From assembly GCF_006345805.1 (NCBI RefSeq), contig NC_043010.1:35216001-35280000 (forward strand): DNA of 64,000 bases, read 5' to 3'. This stretch comes from Octopus sinensis. Its lineage: Eukaryota. This document shows positions 22,078 to 36,122 of the stretch, one piece after another. The notes under the pieces were generated by a model that saw only the letters and a program-made list of their open reading frames with translations, had not been told where the DNA came from and made no database searches. Position numbers and translations under genes: made by a program. Position 1 is the first letter of the stretch. Every line of letters starts with the position of its first letter.

Positions 22078-24466
22078 TTAAATGACAGTCTCTAGTGCAT
22101 CAGAGTCACTACCGTTTGCTTCGTCTCGCAACAGTACAATATCGTGTGGATTCTTGAGGTCATTCCTGTAATTGTGAGCAGCTATAATGCGATTTTTCTC
22201 TTCATGCACATCATAAAATTCCTCTTTAGCAGCATGTCCTTCAACATCCAGTTCAGATCGGGGGGATTCCACATTGTAGCTTGTATCCTGGCCCTCAACT
22301 TTTTTCCGTCGATAACTTATCCCTTCAGGACCAACTCTGAAGTTGCCTTTTCCTTGTGTAGGGTTTTTGCGAACTTCAGCCTGCAGCTTATGTGGTGACG
22401 CTTTTGATGTTGATGACGATGATGATGAGCGAGATTGGTATGGAGGAGGAGGTGGTTTGATTTTTGACTGTTGATGGTGTTCGTGGTCACGGTTACTGTT
22501 GTTACTGGTGGTGTAGTAATTGCTATTGCTGTGTGATCTGTTTTTATGCTTGCTATCAACATTATTATTCTTTGTTGGAGATGTGTGAACATTGCAGCCA
22601 TCAATGTTGCGACTATATGGACCATACTGACCATAAGGCTGTTCCCTGGGCCCAAGAGACTCCTCAACATTTCCTCTGTGTGGTGACAAGGATGTGGAAT
22701 AACCGTGCATGGCGCTGTCATACTGTTCCTCTTCGTAACACCTTTGAACTTGTTTTGAAGCATCAACACTTCTACAGTTGTTTACATAACATTCTTTAGG
22801 CAGGGGGATTTGATTCTGGTTATTAGCATGCCTTGATGGAGAATGAGGTATGTTCTGGAAGGAAGACAAATTTGTTGAATGTCCTTGATTATTATTGAGG
22901 ACTGATGGAATGACATTTACCATGTAGCCAACATGCTTTGGTGGAGAGTAGATGACATTGTCAGAAGAGATTTTCTCTGGGGAAATATCAGCTGAAGCAC
23001 CAGTAATGTTTCTTGTAAGTTCTGAAGGAGCCACAAAAGATTTGCCCAAGTTCATACTGTTCTGATCTTCAGGCATGTAATATGAGGATGATATACCTGA
23101 AGCATTGCTTCGGTGACTTGATATGTGGACTTCTGGAGATAAGCTGGTATCTTCAGGACTGGTCGGTGACAAGTCAGGGGTCAGAGGTAACATTTTCGGG
23201 TGTGGAATGGGAGTATTACATGGATTGAGACTGGCAGGTTGTCCATCCGGTGAAGCATCCATTGATGTACCTGAAGCATTGCTTCGATTATGGTTTGTGT
23301 TAAGAGGAGATAACTCCGTAGATGTCCCAGAAATGTTACCTCTGTTAGAATTATCTTGACTTTGAGAATACCCAGATGAGACAGAGTCAAGAGTTGCATT
23401 CAAATCAACGGCATCCTGTCTCTTAAGATTCTTCTTTCCAGACTCTTTCTGATCAGATTTTTCTAGTTTGGATGGTGTCTTGGAATTTGCTTCTGGGGAG
23501 TGAACATACTGTTTAGATGAGTCAGGAGTTGCCATTTTACCAGATCTTGTATTACTCTTTCTGGAACCTGAAGTTGACATTTCTTTTGATACTTTTGAAG
23601 AACTTTGCTGAGAATCACGTTTTGCAGGTGAATCTCGGTCACAAGAGTCAGATTTCTTGGAAATTCTACCATATATGGATTCTTTTGGTTTTGTAGATTT
23701 CGAATACAAGCACTCTGATGAGGAAATTTTTATAGCATATGGCAAAGGTGCCTGGTTGAAAATCCGCTCAGGATAGTTGGGGGACAAAAGTGCTCTTGTC
23801 TCCGGGGAAGAAACCAACCTCTCATAAACAGGTGAAGTGACAATGTCATGTTCAGGTGAATCAATTTTTTCATAAAGGGGTACAATGTAAACAGACTCAT
23901 TTTTGGCAGGTACCGATGCTGACATAGTCCTGGTTAAGGATGGTCTTTTATGACAGTCAACCAACAGGGATTGATTCATATTGTCATAGCCATCTGATGA
24001 TGTCTTAGGAACCCGGAAAGAATTACTTTGTTTCACTTTAGAAATGTGAACACCCACATCACCAACGCCCTCGAAGTTGCATAGGGGCAATGTCTCCAGC
24101 TCAATGTGCTCCTGGGTGTTGTATTTATTTACTGGATTTACCATGTCATTAAACATTGCCTCGGCAAATGTTTTTGCAGTAGAAGTTGAAGGCATAAAGG
24201 CTTCATCCATGTCTGCAAACAGTTGGCGGCGTCTTGGCAGCTGCGAACGTCCATCACATGTTGCTGGTATGCTAGGACTACTTGACTGAGTTTTTGCTGG
24301 CTGTGGTGTATAAGCCCTTCGTCCAGCCATATAACCTCCTTTACTTCCTGGATTGTAGGGCTGTGGAGTTTTTGATCGGCGCTGTTGCTCTTGCATGCTC
24401 TGTATCTCTAGCTCATGTTGTTCCTGCATGTTTCTCATATGAAGTCCCATAATCAGAAGCAGTTGT
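22078..24466 (-). CDS. Uncharacterised type I membrane protein, large terminal coding exon (Ser/Pro/Asn-rich tail ending ETVI*)
   Basis: tttttgcag|A CAA CTG; joins in frame to the 790-aa ORF in the track; 2389 nt open; stop TAA at 22080-22078. Confidence 0.92.
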
Positions 24467-24534
24467 CTGCAAAAAGAGAAAAGTAATTTAATAACAGTAT
24501 TTAAAACGTTATATATATATATATATGTGTATAT

Positions 24535-24584
<50 letters not shown>

Positions 24585-24587
<3 letters not shown>

Positions 24588-24967
24588 TCTTTTACTTGTT
24601 TCAGTCATTTGACTGTGGCCATGCTGGAGCACTGCCTTTAGTCGAGCAAATCAACCCCAGAACTTATTCTTTGTAAGCCTAGTACCTATTCTATCATTCT
24701 CTTTTGCCGAACCACTAAGTTACAGGGACCTAAACACACCAGCATCAGTTGTCAAGCGATGTTGGGGGGACAAACACACAAACATATACACACACGTACA
24801 TATATATATACGACGGGCTTCTTTCAGTTTCTGTGTACCAAATCTACTCACAAGGCTTTGGTTGGCCCAAGGCTATAGTAGAAGACACTTGCCCAAGGTG
24901 CCACGCAGTGGGACTGAACCCAGAACCATGTAGTTGGTAAGCGAGTTACCACACAGCCACTCCTACG

Positions 24968-24971
<4 letters not shown>
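24585..24971 (-). mobile_element. SINE family A copy
   Basis: Reverse-complement homolog of 10119-10496. Confidence 0.8.
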
Positions 24972-25003
<32 letters not shown>

Positions 25004-25120
25004 TAACAATGAAGGGTGAAATTAATTAATTTGGAATAATTATCAATTACACCAAGTAGTCTTCGGCATGTAAAAGCCTCATTCGGCATGTAATCTTCAA
25101 TTACACCAAGTACTATATAT

Positions 25121-25168
<48 letters not shown>

Positions 25169-25864
25169 CATACATCAAGTAGTTATATACACATTCACTA
25201 GATTCATGCCAGGGACTATCTATTACAATCTGTTAATTAGTAATTATCTAAATGCTTGAAATGAGATGTCAATGAGATTATAATTCTTCAAAAGGATCTT
25301 TATTTCTGATCTAAAGTTAATAATCCATTAGCCTATTGACCTAGTACACCTATAATCATATTGTCAATTAGTAATTCTAGGTTACTTTTGGCAAAACACA
25401 CAGGAAGTATGACACTAACTGCTTTATTGCAAAGAGCATAACTTGTCAAAAAGTTTGGTTTTCACCTAAATATTATCCTAGAGCAATATTAAATATATTT
25501 TAGACATATATATTCATATTCTGAAATAAAATCTATTTATGTAACAAAATGCTCAAAGTTATCAACATTATAATCAATGTGGAAGATGCTACATTATGCT
25601 TACTGTAAAATGCCTCTGTTATGAAATATATCCATGCCATAAATTTTAATGGATATATAAGAGCGATTTTGGGGTCCTGTCATACAATTCTCAATTTCTC
25701 TGATGACAAATCTGTGAAATCAATCACTTGCATCACCTATATACAGGTAGAGTCTTGTTTCCATATTTCTTGAAACTTTCACAAAAGTGGAAGATTCTTT
25801 CATATTTTTAGAAGGAGTTATTCTTTTATCTTATTTATTTATTACAAGTATGTATACCAGAGTG

Positions 25865-26183
25865 GGGGCACATGGCCTAGTGGTTAGAGCAGCTGACTCG
25901 TGGTCGAGGGATCGGGGGTTTGAATCTCAGACCAGGCGATATGTGTGTTTATGAGCGAAACACCTAAGCTCCATGGAGCTCCAGCAGAAGGTAATGATGA
26001 ACTTCTGCTGACTCTTTCGCCACAACTTTCTCTCACTCTTTCCTCCTGCATCTTGCAGCTCACTTGTGATGGACCGGTATCCCATCCAGGTGGGGAACCT
26101 ATATGCCAAGGAAACCGGGAAACCAGCCCTATGAACCAGGCATGGCTTGAGAAGGAACAAACATGTATATCATAGTCCTCTGT
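25865..26183 (+). mobile_element. tRNA-type SINE family C copy
   Basis: GGGCACATGGCCTAGTGGTTAGAGCAGCTGACTCGTGGTCGAGGGATCGGGGGTTTGAATCTC; homolog of 20188-20480. Confidence 0.75.
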
Positions 26184-26189
26184 CTTTCT

Positions 26190-26450
26190 ACCCTACTGGA
26201 ACAACATTGTGTACAGTGAAACAGTCCAATGTGCAAATGACAGTTTCTGCCCCTCGAGCCAAGCTTGTGGGCTGTCCCAGTGCTGTTTGAGTTGTAGTGA
26301 TGTCTGGTTCTCTCTCTCAGTATAGAGGATTTGATAGGATCCAAGTCTGGGCAGTACAGTGTGGAAGACAGGTTGTTGCTCATGCAACATGTCCCTACTC
26401 TCCACATCATAGATGGACCTAAAGGGACAGTGCAGCCATTTCAATTTTCC
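26190..26450 (-). mobile_element. Degenerate RTE LINE 3' end
   Basis: GRNCHLHIGLFHCTQCC resembles the terminal C2H2-like motif of RTE ORFs. Confidence 0.4.
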
Positions 26451-27354
26451 AAATAGTAATGTGTATGTATATATATGTATATGTATGTGTGTGTGTGTGT
26501 GTGTGTGTGTTAGATATTAAGCATAAGCCACACAATTATTTTTAATGCTATGCACTTTTGTGTATCCTTTAATCAATTTTGCAAAATATCAAGACATTTC
26601 GATTTGTGTATAGAAAGTTTACTTTTAATATATATGTGCACATGCATGCACACGTATGCACACACACACACACAGAGAGACTACTGTGGTTGTCACTAGT
26701 GATACCACTGTAGCCAGTACCAAGCTTCAACTGTAGTTGGAACAATTGTTACTGCTGATTCTTACCACCAGATTCAGTCGGCTTGTTTGGATCTTCATAC
26801 ATAGATATTAATAACTAACCACTGGGGGAAACTGCTAAATTTGGTACGAATAAAGAAAGAGACAATAATGGAGATTAACTTTCTTTTATCTTAATCTGTT
26901 TCAGTAATTACAAACACACACACAGAGAACAATTTAGTCTCTGATAAACAAAATGAAGGGATGGCCACAATGGAGCACCTTTGATTTGTAGTTCTATTTA
27001 ATGATAATTAACCTAGGGTTAACCATCACAAGCAGCAACAAGTGTGGTAGCTACAATATTAACACTGTTCTTATCACAAGAGCTGGGAGCTAGCATCCAG
27101 GAATTAAAAAAAAAAAACAAAGGTCGTGAACAAGTCATTGAGGAAGCTTCCATATGAGAGCCCATCCTGGTAGAAAGAGCAGCCAAATCTCCTTCAAGTC
27201 ACAACTTATTAACATGGACAATATAGTCTTACACATAGAAAAATATCTGCTAATCATACTTGGTATGCTTTTTAACATAGATCCTGTCCGGATGAGGGCT
27301 GATCTGGGCCTAAACAACAAGAGTGTGAAAAAGAAATGACCAGAGCATCTTTAC

Positions 27355-27839
27355 CTGTTGTCCAAATTGTCCATAGTCATTGTCCTCTGCCGTCGGTCCT
27401 GCTTGCTCAACTTGTGGTTAGTCCGCATGCTCTCTGGAGTTCCGGCGCTTGCTGGCCGCATTGTCTCACTGAGTGTTCTGCGAGGAGGATGGCTGGTCTT
27501 TGAGGAATGGCCCCTATCAAGAGTTCTCACTTCAGCAGAGCCACTGTCCTCAAATACTTCATTGCTGCTGTCGACGATGTTGTTTCGGCTGCGATGGCTG
27601 AAGCTTTGGCTGCGTTTCAAGTGGCGCAGCTTGTCTTTGCGAACAAAGTCAGGGAACCAGTCCCTCAGCATTGAGCTCTTCATCACTCTGGACAGACCCC
27701 GTGGGTAAACAGTCTCAAGAAGTGGAACAGGACTCCCAGGACTTGGTGGTCCTTGATTGTAACTGTCATGGCAGTGAGCAGGATGGTAGTAGTCAATGGA
27801 GCTATGATGTTGCCTCTCATCATGTTCGCACATCTCGTC
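27355..27839 (-). CDS. Uncharacterised type I membrane protein, cytoplasmic exon
   Basis: tttctccag|GAC...AACAG|gtaaag; 485 nt open; DEMCEHDERQ...TMDNLDN(R); phase 0 in, phase 2 out. Confidence 0.88.
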
Positions 27840-28837
27840 CTGGAGAAATGGTAATAATAATAATAACAATAACAACAACAATAACAATAATATTAATAAT
27901 AACAATGATAATAATAATAAATGCCACTAAGCATAATAATAATAATAATAATAATAATAAATGCCGCTAAACATATTGTCCAATTAAGTAACAACTCTGC
28001 CAGCGCTCTGCCTTAATAATAATAACAATAACAACAACAACAACAACAACAACGACAGCAGCAGCAGCAGCAATAATGATAACAATAATAAGGGACCTTT
28101 TGAGCAGGATGGGCTACTTGACCAGAAGAAATTTCTAACTGGGCCCCACCTGCAAGGTCATGTGCTGTTTATCTTGATATGAGATCACCATGTCGCGCAC
28201 ATATGGTTGTGATGCATGTGCCTTGTGTACCCTTATCAGACAGGTAGTAATGATGGGTATATTGGGTTTCATATATTTTACCCCAGTGTCACTTTGATGG
28301 CATGAACTGCTTTCTCACTCAACAACAACAACAATAACAATAATAATAATTATTATTATTATTATTATTATAAAAATATTGTCAATATGATTCCAAAAAT
28401 AAATTAATCTGTAAGCATTATCAAATGTACATAATAGCAAATACTTTTTACTGTCACCTTACGACCACACTGTCATCTTATCATCAAATTACTTTTAAAA
28501 CAAACTTTTAATTTTCTTGTTTTGACAGACATTCTCTAGTACAATGCCACTAAGCATTTTGCCCAGCATGCTAACAATTCTGCCAGCACCACCACAATAA
28601 CAATCATCACAACAACAACAACAACAGTAAAATGCAAAAAGCAACAATCAAACACCAACAGAACAGGCAATAAAGACTGAAACCCTCCAATCCACAAACT
28701 CATTGCTTAAATAGCCACTGCATATAGTCGTGTAATGTTATTGGATATACCAATTTACATATTAAATACATTCTTGCAAGCTGGTACATAAAAACATTAA
28801 TGACTTGTAGGTACACGGTATTTTATTATGCAACCAT

Positions 28838-28844
<7 letters not shown>

Positions 28845-28871
<27 letters not shown>

Positions 28872-29575
28872 GTTTAACGTCCGTTCTCCATGCTAGCATG
28901 GGTTGGTTGGTTCGACCGAGGATCTGGGAAGCCAGAAGGCTGCACCAGGCTCCAGTCTGATCTGGCAGTGTTTCTACAGCTGGATGCCCTTCCTAACGCC
29001 AACCACTCCGTGAGTGTAGTGGGTGCTTTTTACGTGCCACCTGCACAGGTGCCAGGCAAGGCTGGCAACAGCCACGATCGGATTGGTGCATTTTACGTGC
29101 CATCGGCACGGAAGCCAGTTGAGGCAGCACTGGCATCGGCCACGATTCGGATAGCGCTTTTTACGTACCACCGGCACGGAAGCCAGTCTAGGCGACGCTG
29201 GCATCGGCCACCTTCAGATGGTGCTGTTTACGTGCCACCGGCTCAGGGATCACAACCGCAGTTTCCATTGATTTTGATGTCGGTGTACTTGACTCAATGG
29301 ATCTCCTCAACCACAAGGTCGAAATGGTGTTTCTTCACTTGCCACCTGCACAGGAGTCAGTCCAGCGGTCCTGGCAACTGCCGGGTGCCAGTCATAGGAT
29401 TGGTTCAATTTCGATTTCGATTTCACTTGCCCCAACAGGTCTTCGCAAGCAGAGTTTAGTGTCCAATGAAGGGGGGTTGGCATGGGTGCCTGTCGTCGGA
29501 TGAGGTTCGACTTCGCTTGCCTCAACAGGTCTTTGTGTGTCCAAGGGAGGAAAGACATGCATATGCTATATATAA
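28845..29575 (-). mobile_element. SINE-like family D copy with internal ~50-bp degenerate tandem array (other copies ~11570-11810 +, 44545-44925 -, 45462-45672 +, 46735-46912 -)
   Basis: (CAT)n tail, CGTTTAACGTCCG...CTACAGCTGGATGCCCTTCCTAACGCCAACCACTCC, repeated TTTTACGTGCCACC units. Confidence 0.75.
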
Positions 29576-29874
29576 TATATTAAACGTTTTTATAAGTCAA
29601 TACCATATACTACTGTGTTAGCAGTGCACTTAAATCATGTGTTGAGGTCATCTCTACAGATTTTCTATAGAGATTATAACCAGTACTGATTTTGTTATGA
29701 TGCTTCGTATCTGAGACATCAGATGTAAACAAACTATGAGATCGATGAAGAAATTGGATCGGTGCTACTTTGGAGTGTGATCTACAAGGAAGATAACTTT
29801 TGGTTACTTTTTAAATTATTTTGAACATACTTAGCATTGTAAATGCATTTTCTCAAAATTCTTACTATTTTAAT

Positions 29875-30003
29875 AATAAGAAAACCCTATAATAATTAAG
29901 ATAAGATAATTAAGAAAACCCTATAATAATTAAGATAAGATAATTAAGAAAACCCTATAATAATTAAGATAAGATAATTAAGAAAACCCTATAATAATTA
30001 AGA
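29875..30003. repeat. 34-bp tandem repeat, ~3.7 copies
   Basis: AAAACCCTAT recurs at 29881, 29915, 29949, 29983. Confidence 0.9.
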
Positions 30004-30345
30004 TCACTCACCAAAGTAAATTTGTTCTCATAGATCACAGAGAAAGTAGCACTAATACAAAATAAACTAAAAAGTAACCTAAAGTAATCTCCCTTCAAAT
30101 TGTAGATCACACACCAAAGTGGCACCTTTCTTTTTCATAAGAAATGATGTGAATTTAGTGCTGGTTTCTTTTAAAAATGCAACTGCATTCGTCTTGTCAT
30201 TGATGAGACTGTAAAAATCTTTGGCCAACATCTTATGGGTTTTTTTAGAAATTGAAAAGTAAACTAAAAACTAACCTAAAGTAACCACCCTTATAGATCA
30301 CATGCCAAAGTAGCACCAATGGGTCTACAATGTAATAATACTCAC

Positions 30346-30530
30346 ATCCCATTGATCCTCCTCCTTTTTCTTCTTCATGCGATAAACACGGTAAGTAATG
30401 AAGTAGGATAAAACACAGATCATAGTAACAATCACGTAGATGGCAATGAGGACATACAGCATCTTTGGCAATGAGGACCTTATGGCCTGACAATTATCGT
30501 CGACTCCATGGAACGTCAGAATGAATGGAT
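30346..30530 (-). CDS. Uncharacterised type I membrane protein, transmembrane exon
   Basis: ttgtttcag|AT...GAT|gtgagt; 185 nt; (D)PFILTFHGVDDNCQAIRSSLPKMLYVLIAIYVIVTMICVLSYFITYRVYRMKKKKEEDQWD: 24-aa hydrophobic stretch followed by a basic stop-transfer cluster. Confidence 0.85.
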
Positions 30531-30577
30531 CTGAAACAATAAAGATAAAATTAGTAGTAAAAATAGTAGGTCATAAC

Positions 30578-30627
<50 letters not shown>

Positions 30628-30630
<3 letters not shown>

Positions 30631-31180
30631 GCCCTGATGCAGTACCAGGCAGTGGCTCTCATGGCTTCTGATCTTAACTGATTGGAAGTGTTATCATGTA
30701 CATTGTTTTGTCTTGGTATAAAAGATGGGCTACAGCAAATATTCTGCTCAATACCACAGATTTGCTTGTCAGTTGTTTGACCTTAACCAGTTGAGCATGT
30801 CCCTTAGTGGCTGACGATATGTGCATCTCTGATCACGAGCAGAAGTAGTGGGGGAGCATCATAGCCATGTGTTGAGAGGGATTCTTTGGGGTTTGAATAG
30901 TTCACCTCTGGAAACATGGGTGGTTCTTTCAACATCCTTAAACAACCCTTATTCAGGGACCGTTTGAGCAGGATGGGCTACTTGACCAGAAGAAATTTCT
31001 AACTGGGCCCCACCTGCAAGGTCATGTGCTGTTTATCTTGATATGAGATCACCATGTCGCGCACATATGGTTGTGATGCATGTGCCTGGTGTACCTTTAT
31101 CAGACGGGTAGTCATGATGGGTATATTGGGCTTCGTATATTTTACCCCAGTGTCACTTTGATGGCATGAACTGCTCTCTC
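30628..31180. repeat. Dispersed repeat family G; its right ~230 bp is nearly identical to 28090-28320
   Basis: GGGACC.TTTGAGCAGGATGGGCTACTTGACCAGAAG...GGCATGAACTGCT.TCTC at both loci. Confidence 0.75.
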
Positions 31181-31181
31181 A

Positions 31182-31213
<32 letters not shown>

Positions 31214-31227
31214 GATGGTGATGATGG

Positions 31228-31258
<31 letters not shown>

Positions 31259-31499
31259 AATAATAATAATAATGGTTTCAAATTTTGCCACAAGGGCAGC
31301 AATTTTGCAGAAGGGGATGAGTCGATTACATTGACCCAGGTGCTGAAATGATACTTATTTTATTGAAACCAAAAGGATGAAAGGCAAAGTCAACCTTGAT
31401 GGAATTTAAACCCATAATGTAAAGACAGATGAAATGCCACTAAGTATTTCACTTGGCAGCTTGCCGCCTTAATAATTATAAGAATGATTTCTTTTATTT

Positions 31500-32880
31500 G
31501 CCACTAGAGTGAAGGATGAGGAGGACAATACAAAGACATAAAGTGTAGGGGTTTATCTATGATGGAATGATAAACAAAAAGGGTACGTGATACATATTAG
31601 AAGAAGAGAAGTATACATAGTATACAACACTAGAAAAAGAAGGAAAAAAGTGATAGTGATGGGGTGCCCCTGATACAGGAGGACCTCTAGGGATAATCAA
31701 GAAACTCCATTATCCAAGATCACCCTGAATACCAAGGATGAGAGCCCTCTTCAACTTCTTTCTTCTGACTCACAGGTCTACACTGAGAGTGGAACCATCC
31801 ACTCTTGCCATTTTTGCAACTTTCACCCACCTTTTCATAAATTCACTTGCAGACAGCGCTCCCTCTCCACCCTCACTTACCTTTTCGAGTGAAACTTGAA
31901 AATGTCCATGAGGGCTTTACCAAAGAGGAATGTCTCTGTCCTTATTCCTTTCAGCCTCATCCACCAGACAAAGGAAAACAGTCTTGCCTGCCCGATTAAA
32001 GGAGAGCGATAGTCCAAGCATCATTATGGACTCAGCTGACAGATGGATCCGTCCCACACGTGATAGCAGCTGTTTGACATAATTCCACAAGTCAGCACTG
32101 CCCAGACACTGCATGGGTGCATACAGAATGGTTTTGTCACTCTGTGAGCACCTCGGACAAGCCTGTCTGACAGCACAATCTGTGCCTGTAGAGTTTATCT
32201 CTAACTGGTAGCACCCCACCTCCCAGTAGCACTACCAGGCCAAAGACATCTGGAAAATATCCATAGTAGTCCCTGACTGGAAAGTCCTCCAGAATTGACT
32301 TGCCAATTCATCTTTGTTGACGCCTAGGATCTCCCTGAGGATATCATTACACTTCCCCACTACTAATCCTCTGTATATAGCTAAAATGGAACATCCACCA
32401 ATCCAATTGCCCGACTTGTAGAGAAAAGTGGACACCTGACGACATTCTAAGTGCCAGGTGCCCAGTCTCGGCCTATCCTTTACTCAGGACTGCAATTCTG
32501 TCAAGGAGACAAGCTGCAGAAAGGTGTGTCTCACAAACAGAGAACACACACATTCACCTTCAAAGAAATTGTTGCATGTGGGCGACCTGATTGCATGTCT
32601 GGACATCAAAAGCCATGGCATGCCTAAGCTGCCACACAGAGGAAGCTGACAGCTCCAAGGAAATGTGCACTTTTCTAACAATTGTTCTCCAAACTACAGG
32701 GATATGCTTAGAATAGTTCCATTCACTCCATTTTCACCCACCTTTTGACAAATTTAAAGGAGGAGAGTACTTCCCTCTCCACCCTCACTTTCTTTTTTCA
32801 ATAAAACTTGAAAAACTTAATGAAGGCTTAACTGAAGAAAGCAAGGAACAAAGGTGTAACAGCAACATTTGAAACCAGAA
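31500..32880 (-). mobile_element. Degenerate L1/Tx1-type LINE C-terminal region (second short 3' piece ~32710-32880)
   Basis: FQMSLAW, CPRCSQSDKTILYAPMQC...LWNYVKQLLSRVG, VRVEREALSASEFMKRWVKVAKM; homologous to the copy at 53240. Confidence 0.7.
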
Positions 32881-33754
32881 TGTTAAAATAACAATATCAA
32901 CCCTTTAGCATTTAAACCAGCCATATCCAGTCAAAATATTCTGTTTTGGGCCAGATGTGGCCTCTCACACCTACCTTGCAATGTCATTCTAAAAACAAAT
33001 AATTACATCATCGAAATCTCAAAGCTATGAGATAATGCAGGATTAATTCAAAACAATGTGAATAAATAAACATTGTCTATGTGGAGGGGGTCACTCACAA
33101 TGTCCACATGCTCTGTCTGCCACCATACTGTCTAGTCTAACACGTCTACTCTCATATGCTGTCCACTGCCAACTGCCTGCTCATGCCTTGTTGACCCCAC
33201 ATGCCCACCATGGCCCTTCCAGTGGGACTCGCAGGCCCCATTTTCGACAGGACCTGCATTCTACCTCACTTCCAATCCTTCCCTCCAACACCGCCTGGCT
33301 CATAACACCACACTTTTGACAGAATAATGTGAACACTAAAGGGGTAATAATTACTTTTTGACTCAGCACAATGAACAAGTCATCAAAGGAGGTCAATTCT
33401 CCTTACTTATATCTGTGAGTCAATGCCTTTAACACTGGTGACAGGAATGCACATCACAACATCCTCTGTCTAGGAATATATAATGCTATATAAGTAACAG
33501 AAAGGCTCAACATTGCTTTTATAGTAAAAAAAAAAAGACAATGGAATGGATATGAAATAACTAGATAGGTAAACAACAACAATGATAACAGCAACAACAA
33601 CAACAGCAGCAGCAGCAAGATGACAAGGAATCGTCCCCTCATAGCAACTGAACTGAACCCCTTCCTGTTACCTCAGAAGGGAACAAATGAATTGATATGA
33701 ACTATTAAGTTTGTGAGAGCAATGACCTAATGTGAATGATGTCAATGATGATGG

Positions 33755-34280
33755 TGGCATGTAAGTGATAGCAGTGATAGTGAGGTGGTAGTGGTGGTGG
33801 TGCTGGTGGTGTTGGTGAGATGGTAGTGAGATGGTAGTGGTAGTGGTGGTGGTAGTGGTGGTGGTGGTAGTGGTGGTGGTGGTAGTGGTGGTGGTGGTGG
33901 TGGTGGTGAGATGGTGGTGGTAGAGAGGAAGTAGTGGTGATGTGGTGATAGTGAGGGGTGGGGATGATTATGGTGGTGGTGTGTCGGTTATGGTTTAATG
34001 TAATGGTGATAGCAGTAGTGGTGATGATGAGGACAGCAGCAGCAGCAGTGGTAATGGTTGTGTTGATGGTGGCAGCAGTGGCAGTAGCTGTTGTTGTTGT
34101 TGTTGTTGTGGGGTGGGGATGAGGAAAGAAAGATGGTGCTGATGGCAGTAGAGCAAAATTCACCAATACACCAATGGGAGACATCAATAGCAATTGCTAC
34201 AACAACCTCCACCACTATCACTACTACCAACGCCACCACTACCAACGCCACCACTACCACCACCTATACCATCATAACCA
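33755..34280. repeat. Compound trinucleotide microsatellite tract (GGT/GAT/GTT/CAC); similar tracts at 42110-42250, 56400-57220, 62990-63380
   Basis: Direct inspection. Confidence 0.85.
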
Positions 34281-34989
34281 TTGACAGAGAAATTTTGAAG
34301 GTCCACCAAAAGCCATCACCACAAATGCAACCCAGAGCAACACGCCACCAACACCAAGAGATCCACATATACCGGAACTTCCCCCCTGGGGTTACTGACG
34401 CTATCACTTTGTGTCATAGACACATCACCTTCTCCCCACAAGCTTTTGTATCTTTAAATTTTGGCATTTTTATTAAAGTTCTCTTCCCAGCAAACCATAT
34501 TAGAACTGAAGGGCAAATGATATCCAATACTTCCATTTTCTCATATATATATGTGTGCGTGTGTGTGCATGTACAAGTGTGTGTGTGTGTGTGTATGTGC
34601 AAACAAGTATATGTATATACACACACACACACACAACACACTCACACACATATAACAGATAGACAGACGGGTAGAGACGTGTACATATACATGCTCACAG
34701 ATGTGTGTGTGTGTGTGTGTGTGTGTGTTTGAATGTGTATATGTGTAAGTATGAAAAAGACAGACAGGCAGGCAGGCAGATAGACGCAGACAGTCATGAA
34801 TTTTCACAACATCATTAAGGATCATTAATGAAAAATAAAATAATAGAAAATATAATTTATTTAAACCCTACAAATGTCCCTGCCATTCATGCATTCATTC
34901 ATTCACACATTCAAAACAGAAAGGTAATTATGGCTAAATGTCATATATTACATCGTATATCCATACATATTTTCTTACACCTTTATATG

Positions 34990-34999
34990 TACATACTTG

Positions 35000-35048
<49 letters not shown>

Positions 35049-35392
35049 ATATATATATACACATACATATATATATACATACATACATATATATATATAC
35101 ATATATACATACATACATATAAATATACATAGATATATATATACATAATATATATACATACATATAATATATACATACATATATATACATACATACATAT
35201 ATATATATATATACATACATATATATATATACATACATATATATATATACATACATACATATATATATATACATACATATATATATATACATACATATAT
35301 ATATATACATACATATATATATATACATACATACATACATATATATATACATACATATATATATATATACATACATACATATATATATATAT

Positions 35393-35423
<31 letters not shown>

Positions 35424-36062
35424 CATACATATATATATACATACATACATATATATATATACATACATATATATAATACATACATATATATATACATACA
35501 TCCATATATATATACATACATCCATATATATATACATACATCCATATATATATACATACATCCATATATATTCATACATACATATATATATATACATACA
35601 TCCATATATATTCATACATACATATATATATATACATACATACATATATATATATATACATATATATATACATACATCCATACATACATACATATATATA
35701 TATACATACATATATCCATACATACATACATATATATATATACATACATATATATATATACATATATATATACATACATCCATATATATACATACATACA
35801 TATATATATATATATACATACATACATATATATATATACATACATACATATATATATATACATACATACATATATATATATACATACATACATATATATA
35901 TATACATATATATATACATACATATATACATACATACATACATATATATATACATATATATATATGTATACATACATATATATGTATACATATATATATA
36001 TATATGTGCGTGTGTATACATATATATATGTGTGTATTTAAGTATGTATGTATGTATGTATG
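34990..36062. repeat. ~1.07-kb compound (TA)n/(CATA)n microsatellite
   Basis: Direct inspection; source of several spurious Y/I/C/M/V ORFs. Confidence 0.95.
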
Positions 36063-36088
36063 AATGCATTCACATTTCCTTATCTACT

Positions 36089-36122
<34 letters not shown>

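Noticed and set aside
25865-25940. tRNA-like sequence (also 20410-20480, 10120-10190)
   Set aside because: tRNA-derived SINE heads continuing into SINE bodies; no complete cloverleaf supported
27351-27905. Poly-Leu N-terminus resembling a signal peptide
   Set aside because: It is (AAT/AAC)n intronic microsatellite upstream of the real acceptor at 27841-27840
33080-33400. Possible LINE 3' fragment or extra exon of the orphan gene
   Set aside because: No convincing motif or phase-1/phase-1 splice pair found
34828-36069. Long ORFs (up to 300 aa) of Y/I/M/C/V
   Set aside because: Translations of a compound (TA)/(CATA) microsatellite; same for similar ORFs at 13120-13713, 48492-49224, 50428-51747, 63400-63807
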